Assembly: GCA_950097015.1 (NCBI GenBank)
Contig: CATNEN010000038.1
Location: forward strand, 15,004,001 to 15,068,000
DNA: 64,000 nt
Reading direction: 5' to 3'
Origin: Macrostomum hystrix
Taxonomy: Eukaryota > Animalia > Platyhelminthes
Positions 14,815-27,600 of the stretch are shown piece after piece. The notes below the pieces were generated by a model. That model saw nothing but the letters and a program-made list of their open reading frames with translations. It was not told the DNA's origin and ran no database searches. The translations under genes were made by a program, and so were the position numbers. The first letter of the stretch is position 1. Each line of letters opens with the position of its first letter.

Positions 14815-15655
14815 AGGAATGGGAGATTCAGGTAAAGGAATGGGAGATTGGGGTAGAGGAGTGGGAGATTGGGGTAGAGGAATGGGAGATTGGGGTAGAG
14901 GAGTGGGAGACTGGGGTAGAGGAATGGGAGATTGGGGTAGAGGAGTGGGAGATTGGGGTAGAGGAATGGGAGATTGGGGTAGAGGAGTGGGAGACTGGGG
15001 TAGAGGAATGGGAGATTGGGGTAGAGGAGTGGGAGATTGGGGTAGAGGAATGGGAGATTGGGGTAGAGGAGTGGGAGATTAGGGTAGAGGAATGGGAGAT
15101 TGGGGTAGAGGAGTGGGAGACTGGGTAGAGGAGTGGGAGATTGGGGTAGAGGAGTGGGAGACTGGGTAAAGGAATGGGAGATTGGGGTAGAGGAATGGGA
15201 GATTGGGGTAGAGGAGTGGGAGACTGGGTAAAGGAATGGGAGATTGGGGTAGAGGAGTGGGAGATTGGGGTAGAGGAATGGGAGATTGGGGTAGAGGAGT
15301 GGGAGACTGGGGTAGAGGAATGGGAGATTGGGGTAGAGGAGTGGGAGATTGGGGTAGAGGAATGGGAGATTGGGGTAGAGGAGTGGGAGATTAGGGTAGA
15401 GGAATGGGAGATTGGGGTAGAGGAGTGGGAGACTGGGTAGAGGAGTGGGAGATTGGGGTAGAGGAATGGGAGATTGGGGTAGAGGAATGAGAGATTGGGG
15501 TAGAGGAGTGGGAGATTGGGGTAGAGGAATGGGAGATTGGGGTAGATGAATGGGAGATTGAGTTAGAGGAATGGGAGATGGGTAGAGGAATGGGAGATTG
15601 GGGTAGAGGAATGGGAGATTGAGTTAGAGGAATGGGAGATTGGGGCATAGGAATG
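14815..15655. repeat. 21-bp G-rich minisatellite (GGGAGATTGGGGTAGAGGAAT)
   Basis: About 40 tandem copies; G-tracts suggest G-quadruplex potential. Confidence 0.93.
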
Positions 15656-16378
15656 GGGAATTGATCTAAAGTGTCTATAATTGCTTATGTCAACCAGGTG
15701 GTAACAGTTTTAAGGAAAAGGTGAGCAGACAAGAAAGCGATACAATAATCTATATTTTCACGGGTCATTATTTCTTGCTACAAATTGGTCAGCAACCAAG
15801 TTAAGTTGGAAAAACCTATGAATTTAAAAGGGAAGTTTACAGCCCCTTCCTAGTCATAATGCAATCCGGCTAGCAACAGTGTCAATTCTGTTTCAACTGC
15901 TCATAATTCGCACTCAAAACCTGGAGTCGTAAATTGAGTCGCGCAGCCGCCAGATCGGTGGAAGGCGGGAGGTTGTAAAAATCGACCAAGGGTAAGGTGT
16001 CGAAGACCAACACTGTGGTTGCATAGCGGAGCTAAAAAAATTACAAAGCAAAAACACAAGACTCCGAGAACCAGCAAGCAATATTTCTATTTCTAACAAG
16101 TTTGCGTGAGACATTGTCCTAACCAGTGACTACATCTTCTGGAGGCGGCAACAAGTCTAACAGCTCGTAACTCACGGATTTTACCTGAACTTATGACGCA
16201 GTATGGCATAGCATAGCAACCAGACACCAACTTTTTGTATTGTAAAAATTATTGCGAAAAAATATTGAAAAGAGGAAATAAAAAGAAACTTTGTTTCCTT
16301 CGTAAGAGATTAATTCTGCTGCTTCTGCAGCTAAACTGAATTAAATAATTATAATAATTATGGAGCAATTAGAAGTAG

Positions 16379-16604
16379 AACAGCCGCAGCAATGGCTGTT
16401 CAGTCCATGGACTGGGGGACGCCACACCCACCCTCAATTAACCCAGCTATTCCGGGTAACAATTTAACACCTGTGTGGACTGAAGCAAAGCAGAGTTTTA
16501 AGTGTCTTACTAAAGGATAAAGAGTGTTCCAATAGAGTCGGGAATCGAACCCTCGACCTTCAAGTCGTGAGTCCGACGCTCTAACCACTAGGCCTACAAC
16601 CCTC
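16379..16604 (-). mobile_element. tRNA-derived SINE, copy A
   Basis: Minus-strand head GGGTTGTAGGCCTAGTGGTTAGAGCG...GGTTCGATTCC (Pol III A and B boxes), then a non-tRNA body (CCTTTAGTAAGACACTT, TCAGTCCACACAGGTG); homologous to 13937-14200. Confidence 0.85.
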
Positions 16605-16824
16605 AAACCACCGAACTTTAGGATGCAATCTTAAAGGCATCCTAGTTAATCTAACATTTTCAACGTTTTCTACCAAATTAAAATATCATGCACAACCACA
16701 AATAATTGCAGCTCATAAATGAATAATACTACTAGTCTATCAGTAGTCACTCTAGGAATCAGCAGATTTATTTTGATTGATAAAAATCAATTACAACGAA
16801 AGTTTATGAGTTAAAAAGATTGAA

Positions 16825-17630
16825 GGTCATTCAAAGTCATGTGACACCATTCAAGTAGGTCATACAATTTCCCAAACATTGGTCATACAAGTAGGTTATA
16901 CAATGTCCCAAACATTGGTCATTCAAGTAGGTCATACAATGTCCTAAACATTGGTCATTCAAGTAGGTCATACAATGTCCTAAACATTTGACATACAAGT
17001 AGGTCATACAATGTCCTAAACACTGGTCATTCAAGTAGGTCATATAATTTCCGAAACATTGGTCATTCAAGTAGGTCATACAATTTCCGAAACATTGGTC
17101 ATTCAAGTAGGTTATACAATGTCCTAAACATTGGTCATTCAAGTAGGTCATACAATGTCCTAAACATTGGTCATTCAAGTAGGTCATACAATGTCCTAAA
17201 CATTTGACATACAAGTAGGTCATACAATGTCCTAAACACTGGTCATTCAAGTAGGTCATATAATTTCCGAAACATTGGTCATTCAAGTAGGTCATACAAT
17301 TTCCGAAACATTGGTCATTCAAGTAGGTTATACAATGTCCTAAACATTGGTCATTCAAGTAGGTCATACAATGTCCTAAACATTGGTCATTCAAGTAGGT
17401 CATACAATGTCCTAAACATTTGACATACAAGTAGGTCATACAATGTCCTAAACATTGGTCATTCAAGTAGGTCATATAATTTCCGAAACATTGGTCATTC
17501 AAGTAGGTCATACAATTTCCGAAACATTGGTTATTTAAGTAGGTCATACAATGTCCTAAACATTGGTCATTCAAGTAGGTCATACAATGTCCTAAACATT
17601 TGACATACAAGTAGGTCCTACAATGTCCCA
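16825..17630. repeat. 36-bp minisatellite downstream of GNPAT exon 3
   Basis: AAGTAGGTCATACAATGTCCTAAACATTGGTCATTC, ~22 copies. Confidence 0.93.
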
Positions 17631-17700
17631 AATATGTGACACAAGTAGTCCAAGAAAGGTCACTCGCACACCTTCAGAGAGAAAGAGAGAGAGAACTCAC

Positions 17701-19738
17701 CAGTCTTTGGATAGAGAGACTTTCCAGTCCGACTGCGCGTGCCCTCGATAAAGAACTCAACCGGGTGAAGGCCGTCGCGCACGTGACTCTTCACGTATTC
17801 GACAAAGGTGAGCCAGTAGACTCTGTCCGTGGCGAAGCTGCGCCGGATAAAGAAGGCGCCGCAGTTGCGGAGCACACTGCCAACGAACTGCATGCCCATG
17901 AAGTCTGCGGAGTAATTGTTGGAAGGTTGGAATTGAGTGTGGGATTGAAGTCGAGATTGAGGGTGAGAATGAGGGTGGGAATGAGTGTGGGAATGAGTGT
18001 GGGATTGAGGGTGGGATTGTGGGTGGGATTGTGGGTGGGATTGTGGGTGGGATTGAGGGTGGGATTGAAGGAGGGATTGAGGGTGAGAATGAGGGTGGGA
18101 TTGGGGTGGGATTGTGGGTGGGATTGAGGGTGGGATTGAGGGTGGGATTGTGGGTGGGATTGTGGGTGGGATTGAGGGTGGGATTGTGGGTGGGATTGTG
18201 GGTGGGATTGTGGGTGGGATTGAGGGTGGGATTGAAGGAGGGATTGAGGGTGGGAATGAGGGTGGGAATTGAGTGTGGGATTGAAGTCGGGATTGAGGGT
18301 GGGATTGAAGGAGGGATTGAGTGTGGGATTGAGGTTGGAATTGAGTGTGGGATTGAAGGAGGGATTGAGGGTGGGAATGAGGGTGGGAATGAGTGTGGGA
18401 TTGTGGGTGGGATTGTGGGTGGGATTGTGGGTGGGATTGAGGGTGGGATTTAAGTTGGGATTTAGGTTGGGATTGAGGGTGGAATTGAGGATGGAATTGA
18501 GGGTGGGATTGAGGGTGAGTATGAGGGTGGATTGAGTGTGGGATTTAGGTCGGGATTTAGGTTGGGATTGAGGGTGGATGAGATTATATGAGAGATCGCT
18601 GAGAGGGAGAGCTTGAGATTTAGGATGATTGTTGCAGATGAAACTAGAGGTGAGATTAAGGGTGAGAGTAAGCGAAGAAAAGCGCAGGATTAAAAAGTCT
18701 GATTGCCAACCCATAGCGGAAGCGATGGCCGGCAGCGGCAGGTCGTAGTCGAAGCAGATTAGCGATAGAAGCAAGAAATCGGCGTAGCTGCGATGCATCG
18801 GCATGAGCACCACCGGGTACTCCGAGCAGGCCTTGCGCAGCTGATTGAGGGTGCGAAATCGGTTGTACTGTAACATGTACTAGCTTTGAATTTGAAATAC
18901 CCTAGTTTAGGAGCAGTAATAATTGAGGTGAAGAGGAACGCGAGGCTTAAAAATGGCCCGCGCGCACTATCATATATTTAGACTGTCAAAGACTGTCACG
19001 TCAACAGCCAACCCCCCACCCCGACCGGTTAGTCTGGGGCAGACAGTAAACCCACCCAGCCAATCACAATGCGCCACGTGCGCTTGCACTCTACGCGGCA
19101 TGCAAGCCGCATTACACAACAGTCCACACAACAAAAAAAATTTGGAAAATATTCCCGAAGATAATATTCCAAAAACTTTGAATCATTGAGTTACAAATCC
19201 TAAATTTCCAAATCCTAAAATTTCATACCCAAAATTTTTAATGAGTGTAAAGTATTTCGAATAAACAAACCTTCGATATTCCTTCAGTATTGACGAAGAC
19301 TCCGCTGTAGATTCTTTTCATCACTTTAGAGACAGCGTAGCCGAAGCTGCGAACTGCGAACATGTTCAAAGAGTGCGACATTTCGTCTAGGATAGCGCCA
19401 GCCTCTGTCAACAGTTCCTGCATCGGCCTGCCAGTTTCCAAGCAGATTTCCCGGAGTCCGTAAGCCAGTCGATCGCTAGATAGCACCTGGCGCTTGATGT
19501 CGGCAGCTGATTTCGAAGCCGGCGTTGATGGAACGGCTGCGATCGACTGAATTTCTGACTGACCACGCGGCAGGGAACAGAACATTGGATGGGGAACAAA
19601 TCGCCGGGTTCTCAGCACCCAGCCAAGTTCACCGCGCTGTCGACGCTCATCGACCAGATCTTCGAAGACGCCCTTGCGTGGTCGGCCAACCTTTTGGTTG
19701 GTTCGCCAGGCGTCTGAGAAACTGCCGGACAGGGCCAT
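17701..19738 (-). CDS. GNPAT: Dihydroxyacetone phosphate acyltransferase (GNPAT/DHAPAT), first three coding exons only
   Basis: Exons 19738-19271, 18840-18711 and 17904-17701 in frame. Acyltransferase motif I (PMHRSYADFLLLS), motif II (GAFFIRRSF) and motif III (EFFIEGTRSRTGK); AMDFMGM junction typical of GNPAT. Ends at a G|GTGAGT donor; no motif IV exon found in the window. Confidence 0.85.
17915..18580. repeat. 12-bp G-rich repeat (GGGATTG[T/A]GGGT) in GNPAT intron 2
   Basis: Tandem copies directly abutting the acceptor at 17905. Confidence 0.92.
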
Positions 19739-20040
19739 TGTTGACAGAGGGCTCGACAGATTTGAAAAAGAGAAAACTAATTAAGTAGATTGGCAGATTC
19801 AGCTAGACTTGATTCAGTTAGTTGCAATTTACTAATTTCATTACTGGTTCGGCGGTTGCATTCATTAGAACTGCAAATTTTAATTAGATAGCGAATTACT
19901 ATTTGTTAGTTGGTTTGTTCAATATTGTAGAACTAAAGATTTTTAGTAGAAAACTACATATATTTTAGCTAACACAAACGCCAATGATACGATAATTTGC
20001 AACAATATACTAGCGATAAGACAGTTTAATAACAAATATT

Positions 20041-22670
20041 ATCCCTAGGACAGTCACTGACAAAATCTCATCCCTAGGATACTGTCACTGACAAAATCTC
20101 ATCCCTAGGACACTGTCACTGACAAAATCTCATCCCTAGGACACTGTCACTGACAAAATCTCATCCCTAGGACACTGTCACTGACAAAATCTCATCCCTA
20201 GGACACTGTCACTGACAAAATCTCATCCCTAGGACACTGTCACTGACAAAATCTCATCCCTAGGACACTGTCACTGACAAAATCTCATCCCAAGGACACT
20301 GTCACTGACAAAATCTCATCCCTAGGACACTGTCACTGACAAAATCTCATCCCTAGGACGCTGTCACAGACAAAATATCATCCCTAGGACACTGTCACTA
20401 ATGAAATCTCATCCCTAGGACACTGTCACTAATGAAATCTCATCCCTAGGACACTGTCACTAATGAAATCTCATCCCTAGGACACTGTCACTGACAAAAT
20501 CCCATCCCTAGGACACTGTCACTGACAAAATCTCATCCCTAGGACACTGTCACTGACAAAATCTCATCCCTAGGACAGTCACTGACAAAATCTCATCCCT
20601 AGGACACTGTCACTGACAAAATCCCATCCCTAGGACACTGTCACTGACAAAATCTCATCCCTAGGACACTGTCACTAATGAAATCTCATCCCTAGGACAC
20701 TGTCACTGACAAAATCCCATCCCTAGGACACTGTCACTGACAAAATCTCATCCATAGGACACTGTCACTAATGAAATCTCATCCCTAGGACACTGTCACT
20801 AATGAAATCTCATCCCTAGGACACTGTCACTGACGAAATCTCATCCCTAGGACACTGTCACTGACAAAATCTCATCCCTAGGACACTGTCACTGACAAAA
20901 TCTCATCCCTAGGACACTGTCACTGACAAAATCTCATCCCTAGGACACTGTCACTGACAAAATCTCATCCCTAGGACACTGTCACTGACAAAATCTCATC
21001 CCTAGGACACTGTCACTGACAAAATCTCATCCCTAGGACACTGTCACTGACAAAATCTCATCCCTAGGACACTGTCACTGACAAAATCTCATCCCTAGGA
21101 CACTGTCACTGACAAAATCTCATCCCTAGGACACTGTCCCTAATGAAATCTCATCCCTAGGACACTGTCACTAATGAAATCTCATCCCTAGGACACTGTC
21201 ACTAATGAAATCTCATCCCTAGGACACTGTCACTAATGAAATCTCATCCCTAGGACACTGTCACTAATGAAATCTCATCCCTAGGACACTGTCACTAATG
21301 AAATCTCATCCCTAGGACACTGTCACTAATGAAATCTTATCCCTAGGACACTGTCACTAATGAAATCTCATCCCTAGGACACTGTCACTGACAAAATCTC
21401 ATCCCTAGGACACTGTCACTGACAAAATCTCATCCCTAGGACACTGTCACTGACAAAATCTCATCCCTAGGACACTGTCACTGACAAAATCTCATCCCTA
21501 GGACACTGTCACTGACAAAATCTCATCCCTAGGACACTGTCACTAATGAAATCTCATCCCTAGGACACTGTCACTAATGAAATCTCATCCCTAGGACACT
21601 GTCACTGACGAAATCTCATCCCTAGGACACTGTCACTGACAAAATCTCATCCCTAGGACACTGTCACTGACAAAATCTCATCCCTAGGACACTGTCACTG
21701 ACAAAATCTCATCCCTAGGACACTGTCACTGACAAAATCTCATCCCTAGGACACTGTCACTGACAAAATCTCATCCCTAGGACACTGTCACTGACAAAAT
21801 CTCATCCCTAGGACACTGTCACTGACAAAATCTCATCCCTAGGACACTGTCACTGACAAAATCTCATCCCTAGGACACTGTCACTAATGAAATCTCATCC
21901 CTAGGACACTGTCACTAATGAAATCTCATCCCTAGGACACTGTCACTAATGAAATCTCATCCCTAGGACACTGTCACTAATGAAATCTCATCCCTAGGAC
22001 ACTGTCACTAATGAAATCTCATCCCTAGGACACTGTCACTAATGAAATCTCATCCCTAGGACACTGTCACTAATGAAATCTTATCCCTAGGACACTGTCA
22101 CTAATGAAATCTCATCCCTAGGACACTGTCACTGACAAAATCTCATCCCTAGGACACTGTCACTGACAAAATCTCATCCCTAGGACACTGTCACTGACAA
22201 AATCTCATCCCTAGGACACTGTCACTGACAAAATCTCATCCCTAGGACACTGTCACTGACAAAATCTCATCCCTAGGACACTGTCACTGACAAAATCTCA
22301 TCCCTAGGACACTGTCACTGACAAAATCTCATCCCTAGGACACTGTCACTGACAAAATCTCATCCCTAGGACACTGTCACTGACAAAATCTCATCCCTAG
22401 GACACTGTCACTAATGAAATCTCATCCCTAGGACACTGTCACTGACAAAATATCATCCCTAGGACACTGTCACTGACAAAATCTCATCCCTAAGACACTG
22501 TCACTGACAAAATCTCATCCCTAGGACACTGTCACTGACAAAATCTCATCCCTAGGACACTGTCACTGACAAAATCTCATCCCTAGGACACTGTCACTGA
22601 CAAAATCTCATCCTTAGGACACTGTCACAGACAAAATCTCATCCCTAGGACGCTGTCACAGCTAAATCTC
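20041..22670. repeat. 31-bp satellite (ATCCCTAGGACACTGTCACTGACAAAATCTC), ~85 copies
   Basis: 2.6-kb homogeneous array just upstream of GNPAT. Confidence 0.97.
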
Positions 22671-23899
22671 AGCTAAAAAGACAGAAACATTATTTGAATC
22701 TGAAATAAACGTTCTCTAAATTAGGCGCAAAATGAAAATCAGTTAAAATATAAAATCCAAATAATGTGCTCGAATAGTCATGTAAGACCACATCTAACTC
22801 ATAATGGTATCATAAAGTCGCGAGACATGGGTTATAATATATATTTTACACAAACTGTAACCAACTGTAAATAAAGATGGAATGAACGAGTTACAACCCT
22901 ATATTTTTACTATTAGTAGTTAGTTAAGATTTTGACCTGACTGAAAAAAGTCATTATCAGTAAAACAATTAGCACTCTGAATACATTATTAACAGTAAAA
23001 AGAAATCGAATTTGAGAAAAATTGCAAATCAAAGCGGTTCACTACAAGCAAGAAAAAAACACAAGCATTACGGTTACATAGTTTGCAATATTTATCCATT
23101 ATAATAAAATGTTTATACTGAAATGCAACATTTGTTCAGCTGTTTTGAAATCTAAAAGACAAAGTTAATTATAAAACAAGTTGTTTGCATTCAAAATCCA
23201 ACGAAAAATGATAAAAAAGATCATAACAAACTTTTTGCTTTTTCGTTAAACTATACTACTTAGAGTAATTTCTTTAGATTTTATTGAAAAATATAGGTTC
23301 AAATCTAACACATTATTATTAAAATAAAAAAAATTGTAAGCCTACATTGCTTTTAAAATAAAATAAAAATGGCAAAAAACTTGTTGTTTAATTCGGATTG
23401 TCAGAAGGAATATTTAACAAAAAACAAGCAATCTAAAAAAGAGAAATATGCCAATATTTTGTAAACCTATTCTTAAAGATATATAAAACATCTCTATGAT
23501 AATATTGCATTTATTAATCAATGGCGCATTTGAGTGGCTGGTATGTTCAATGATGTATAGATTTGTGAATATACTTGCAGCATCAATAAATTATATCTGC
23601 GTGACCAGATGAATTCAAATTTTAAATAAGAATTCATATTTTATACGCGTACTATGAGTAGACACTGTAGCGAAATCTCGAAAATGAAGACAATCAGAGA
23701 AGAAAAATCAATCGAAAATGTGTTGCAATAAATGTTACATAAAAGAAAACAGTGCAGAAAAAAGTGATTAAAAAATTAAAAAACAGCCGAGAGTTTAAAT
23801 TGCGGAATGTGACAAAAAGCAGAATAACAAGCAATAAATAAGCAATTATACTTTACATTTCTATCACTTTATCAATTGAGGAGCGGTGAAATGATGGAA

Positions 23900-24460
23900 A
23901 GGGAAGTGAAACTTCAGGGAAGTGAAACTTCAGGAAAATGAAACTTCAGGGAAGTGAATCTTTAGGGAAGTGAAACTTCAGGGAAGTGAATCTTTAGGGA
24001 AGTGAAACTTCAGGGAAGTGAATCTTTAGGGAAGTGAAACTTCAGGGAAGTGCAACTACAGGGAAGGTGAAACTTCAGGAAAATGAAACTAAAGGGAAGT
24101 GAATCTTTAGCTAAGTGAAACTTTAGGGAAGAGAAACTTCAGGGAAGTGAAACTTCAGGAAAATGAAACTAAAGGGGAGTGAATCTTTAGGGAAGTGAAA
24201 CTCCAGGAAGTGAAACTTCAGGAAAATAAACTACAGGGAAGTGAATCTTTAGGGAAGTGAAACTCCAGGAAGTGAAACTTCAGGAAAATAAACTACAGGG
24301 AAGTGAATCTTTAGGGAAGTGAAACTCCAGGAAGTGAAACTTCCGGAAAATAAACTACAGGGAAGTGAATCTTTAGGGAAGTGAAACTTCAGGGAAGTGA
24401 AACTACGGGGAAGTGAAACTTCAGGGAAGTGAAACTCCAGGAAGTGAAACTTCAGGGAAG
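23900..24460. repeat. 16-bp minisatellite (GGGAAGTGAAACTTCA), copy 1
   Basis: Same unit as 26360-27850. Confidence 0.9.
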
Positions 24461-24648
24461 TTTAAATGTGTATGAAATGTCACATTTTCAAATGTGAAAA
24501 TTGCGTCAAGTGACAAGCTAAGAAATTAAAGACACGAAACTACAACAGTGTCATTAACAAACAGCGTAAAATCGTTAGATATCGCCCCAGACTCAACTAA
24601 CAAAATAAATAGAAAGATTTAGCCAAATCATCAGTCAGTTACTGAGGA

Positions 24649-27600
24649 TTAACAAGCGTCCTTAGTGCCGCCAATGTTTAGTTCGCTATTCAGACGCTCA
24701 ACTTCGGCTTTCATCTGCGACAGCTGACTTTCTAAGCAGATGCGCCTGCAGTTAGAAAATAAGTACAATTCGACAATAGCAACGATAATTTTTATGCTTG
24801 CAAATCCCAAAACTCCCAAAAAAATTTCTAATGAAAATTGAGAAAAAATAACCACATCAAAAAAATAAAAAAAAGTGAGAATTTAGGAAAAAATCCCAAT
24901 TCAAAGCTTACTTAACGAGAGTAGAATCTCTAAAAACAACAACTAGAGTTAAAAAAGGGAATCCCAACCAAGACCTAAAGTTCAATTTAGTCGAATGCCT
25001 AATAAAAGCACCAACAGACAAAAGGAGAGTCCGTTAAAAAACTGGGAATCCCAAATAGTTACGAAGTAATAACGGGTAGGTAAACCCCAAAAAACTGGGA
25101 AAACACCAGAAACAGGTAGGAAAGCCCAAATAACAAAATCCAAAATCGTGAATCCCGGTAACAAAGCAAAAGGTCAATAAAATCAAAGAAAAAATCCAAT
25201 AACAGGATTTTCAATCCCAAACATAGGCTTGAAAACCTCGATAACAGGATTGGAAATCCTAAAGACAGGATTGGAAATCCCAATAACAAAATAGGAAATA
25301 CGAATTACAGAATAAGAAATTCAAATGACATAATAAAAATTCCAAGAACATAAATTTAAAACGAAAAACCATAATTGTGAATCCCCATAAAATTATAAAA
25401 AATCCCGATAAAAGGATTGTAAATCCCAAAAACAAGATTGGGAATCCCAAAAACAGGATTGGAAATCCCAAAACTGGATTGAAAAAAGAAAAACAGGATT
25501 GGAAACAGGAATTACTGGATTGGAAATCTCAATAATAGAATTTTAAATCCCTATAGCATAGTTGAAAATCCTAATAACAGGATTGGAAATCCCAAAACGG
25601 AAATTGAAAGTCCCAATAATGAAATTGTAATTGTAAAATCCTGAAAACGGAATCGGATATTCCAGTAACAGAATTGGAAATCACAAAAACAGGATTGGAA
25701 ATCCCAAGAATGATATTGTAAAATCCAGAAAAATGGTTTGGAAATCCCAATATCAGGATTGAAAATCATTTTAAATAAAAAAGCGATAATCAAGCAGCTC
25801 ACTTCTCAACAGACTGTCGCTGATCTCGCTTCAAAGCACTTTCGCTAGCCAGCAAAGCCTCAGTTTGGCGTTGTTGAACGATCAACTAGAAATGTGAAGG
25901 ATTGCGTTTTTTATAAACGTTACTTTTAAGAGCATTTATTTGGAATATTAGAGAACTTCATGCGAAAAAACCACAGAACGACGACTAAAGCTAACAATGA
26001 TAACGACAAATAATATGAAAAATTTAGTGTACTAGACAGACAAAACTACAAAGACTTGAAAAGAAACACAAATATTAATACATATTTTATCTGCACATAA
26101 TTCTAAATCTCACAAACGATATACCTGAAGATTTCGCAACTGAAATATAATTGAAATAGTTCTCAAGATACCGCTATTTCAAGCTCATAATGCAAATATA
26201 AATTACGATTGAAAAATGTGAATAATATTTCACTCACTTCATTCTTCGTCTGCTGCAATTCTAAATTTTTCTCTTCCAATTGTGCACTCTTTAATTGCAA
26301 TTCACTTTGCAGACTTTGAACCAGATGAGCCTGAAGTAAAGTTAAAGAAGCAAAAGTTGAAGAAGTGCAACTCTAGGGAAATAAAACTTCAGGGAAGTGA
26401 AACTTCAGGGAAGTGAAACGTCAGGGAAGTGAAACTTCAGGTAAGTGAAACTTCAGGGAAGTGAAACTTCAGGGAAGTGAAACTTCAGGGAAGTGAAACT
26501 TCAGGGAAGTGAAACTTCAGGTAAGTGAAACTTCAGGGAAGTGAAACGTCAGGGAAGTGAAACTTCAGGTAAGTGAAACTTCAGGGAAGTGAAACTTCAG
26601 GGAAGTGAAACTTCAGGGAAGTGAAACTTTAGGGAAATAAAATTTCAGGTAAGTGAAACTTCAGGGAAGTGAAACTTCAGGGAAGTGAAACTCTAGGGAA
26701 ATAAAACTTCAGGTAAGTGAAACTTCAGGGAAGTGAAACGTCAGGGAAGTGAAACTTCAGGGAAGTGAAACTTTAGGGAAATAAAATTTCAGGTAAGTGA
26801 AACTTCAGGGAAGTGAAACTTCAGGGAAGTGAAACGTCAGGGAAGTGAAACTTCAGGGAAGTGAAACTTTAGGGAAGTGAAACTTCAGGGAAGTGAAACG
26901 TCAGGGAAGTGAAACTTCAGGGAAGTGAAACTTTAGGGAAATAAAACTTCAGGTAAGTGAAACTTCAGGGAAGTGAAACGTCAGGGAAGTGAAACTTCAG
27001 GGAAGTGAAACTTTAGGGAAGTGAAACTTCAGGGAAGTGAAACGTCAGGGAAGTGAAACTTCAGGGAAGTGAAACTTCGGGGAAGTGAAACTTCAGGGAA
27101 GTGAAACTTCAGGGAAGTGAAACTTCAGTGAAGTGAAACTTCAGGGAAGTGAAACTTTGGGGAAGTGAAACTTCAGGAAAATGAAACTTCAGGGAAGTGA
27201 AACGTCAGGGAAGTGAAACTTCAGGGAAGTGAAACTTCGAGGAAGTGAAACTTCAGGGAAGTGAAACTTCAGGGAAGTCAAACTTCAGGGAAGTCAAACT
27301 TCAGGGAAGTGAAACTTCAGGTAAGTGAAACTTCGGGGAAGTGAAACTTCAGGGAAGTGAAACTTCAGGGAAGTGAAACTTCAGGGACGTGAAACTTCGG
27401 GGAAGTGAAACTTCGGGGAAGTGAAACTTCGGGGAAGTGAAACTTCAGGGAAGTGAAACTTCAGGGAAGTGAAACTTCGGGGAAGTGAAACTTCGGGGAA
27501 GTGAAACTTCAGGGAAGTGAAACTTCAGGGAAGTGAAACTTCAGGGAAGTGAAACTTCAGGGACGTGAAACTTCGGGGAAGTGAAACTTCAGGGAAGTGA

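Noticed and set aside
16530-16604. Functional tRNA gene (CAC anticodon-like loop)
   Set aside because: Acceptor and anticodon stems pair poorly, and it continues into a body shared with 13937-14200; it is a SINE head. B-box remnants at ~31545 and ~60545 are too short to call.
16837-17631. 264-aa Cys/His-rich ORF (CMTYLNDQCLGH)n resembling a metal-binding protein
   Set aside because: Translation of a 36-bp minisatellite; non-ATG start and no splice link to GNPAT evident.
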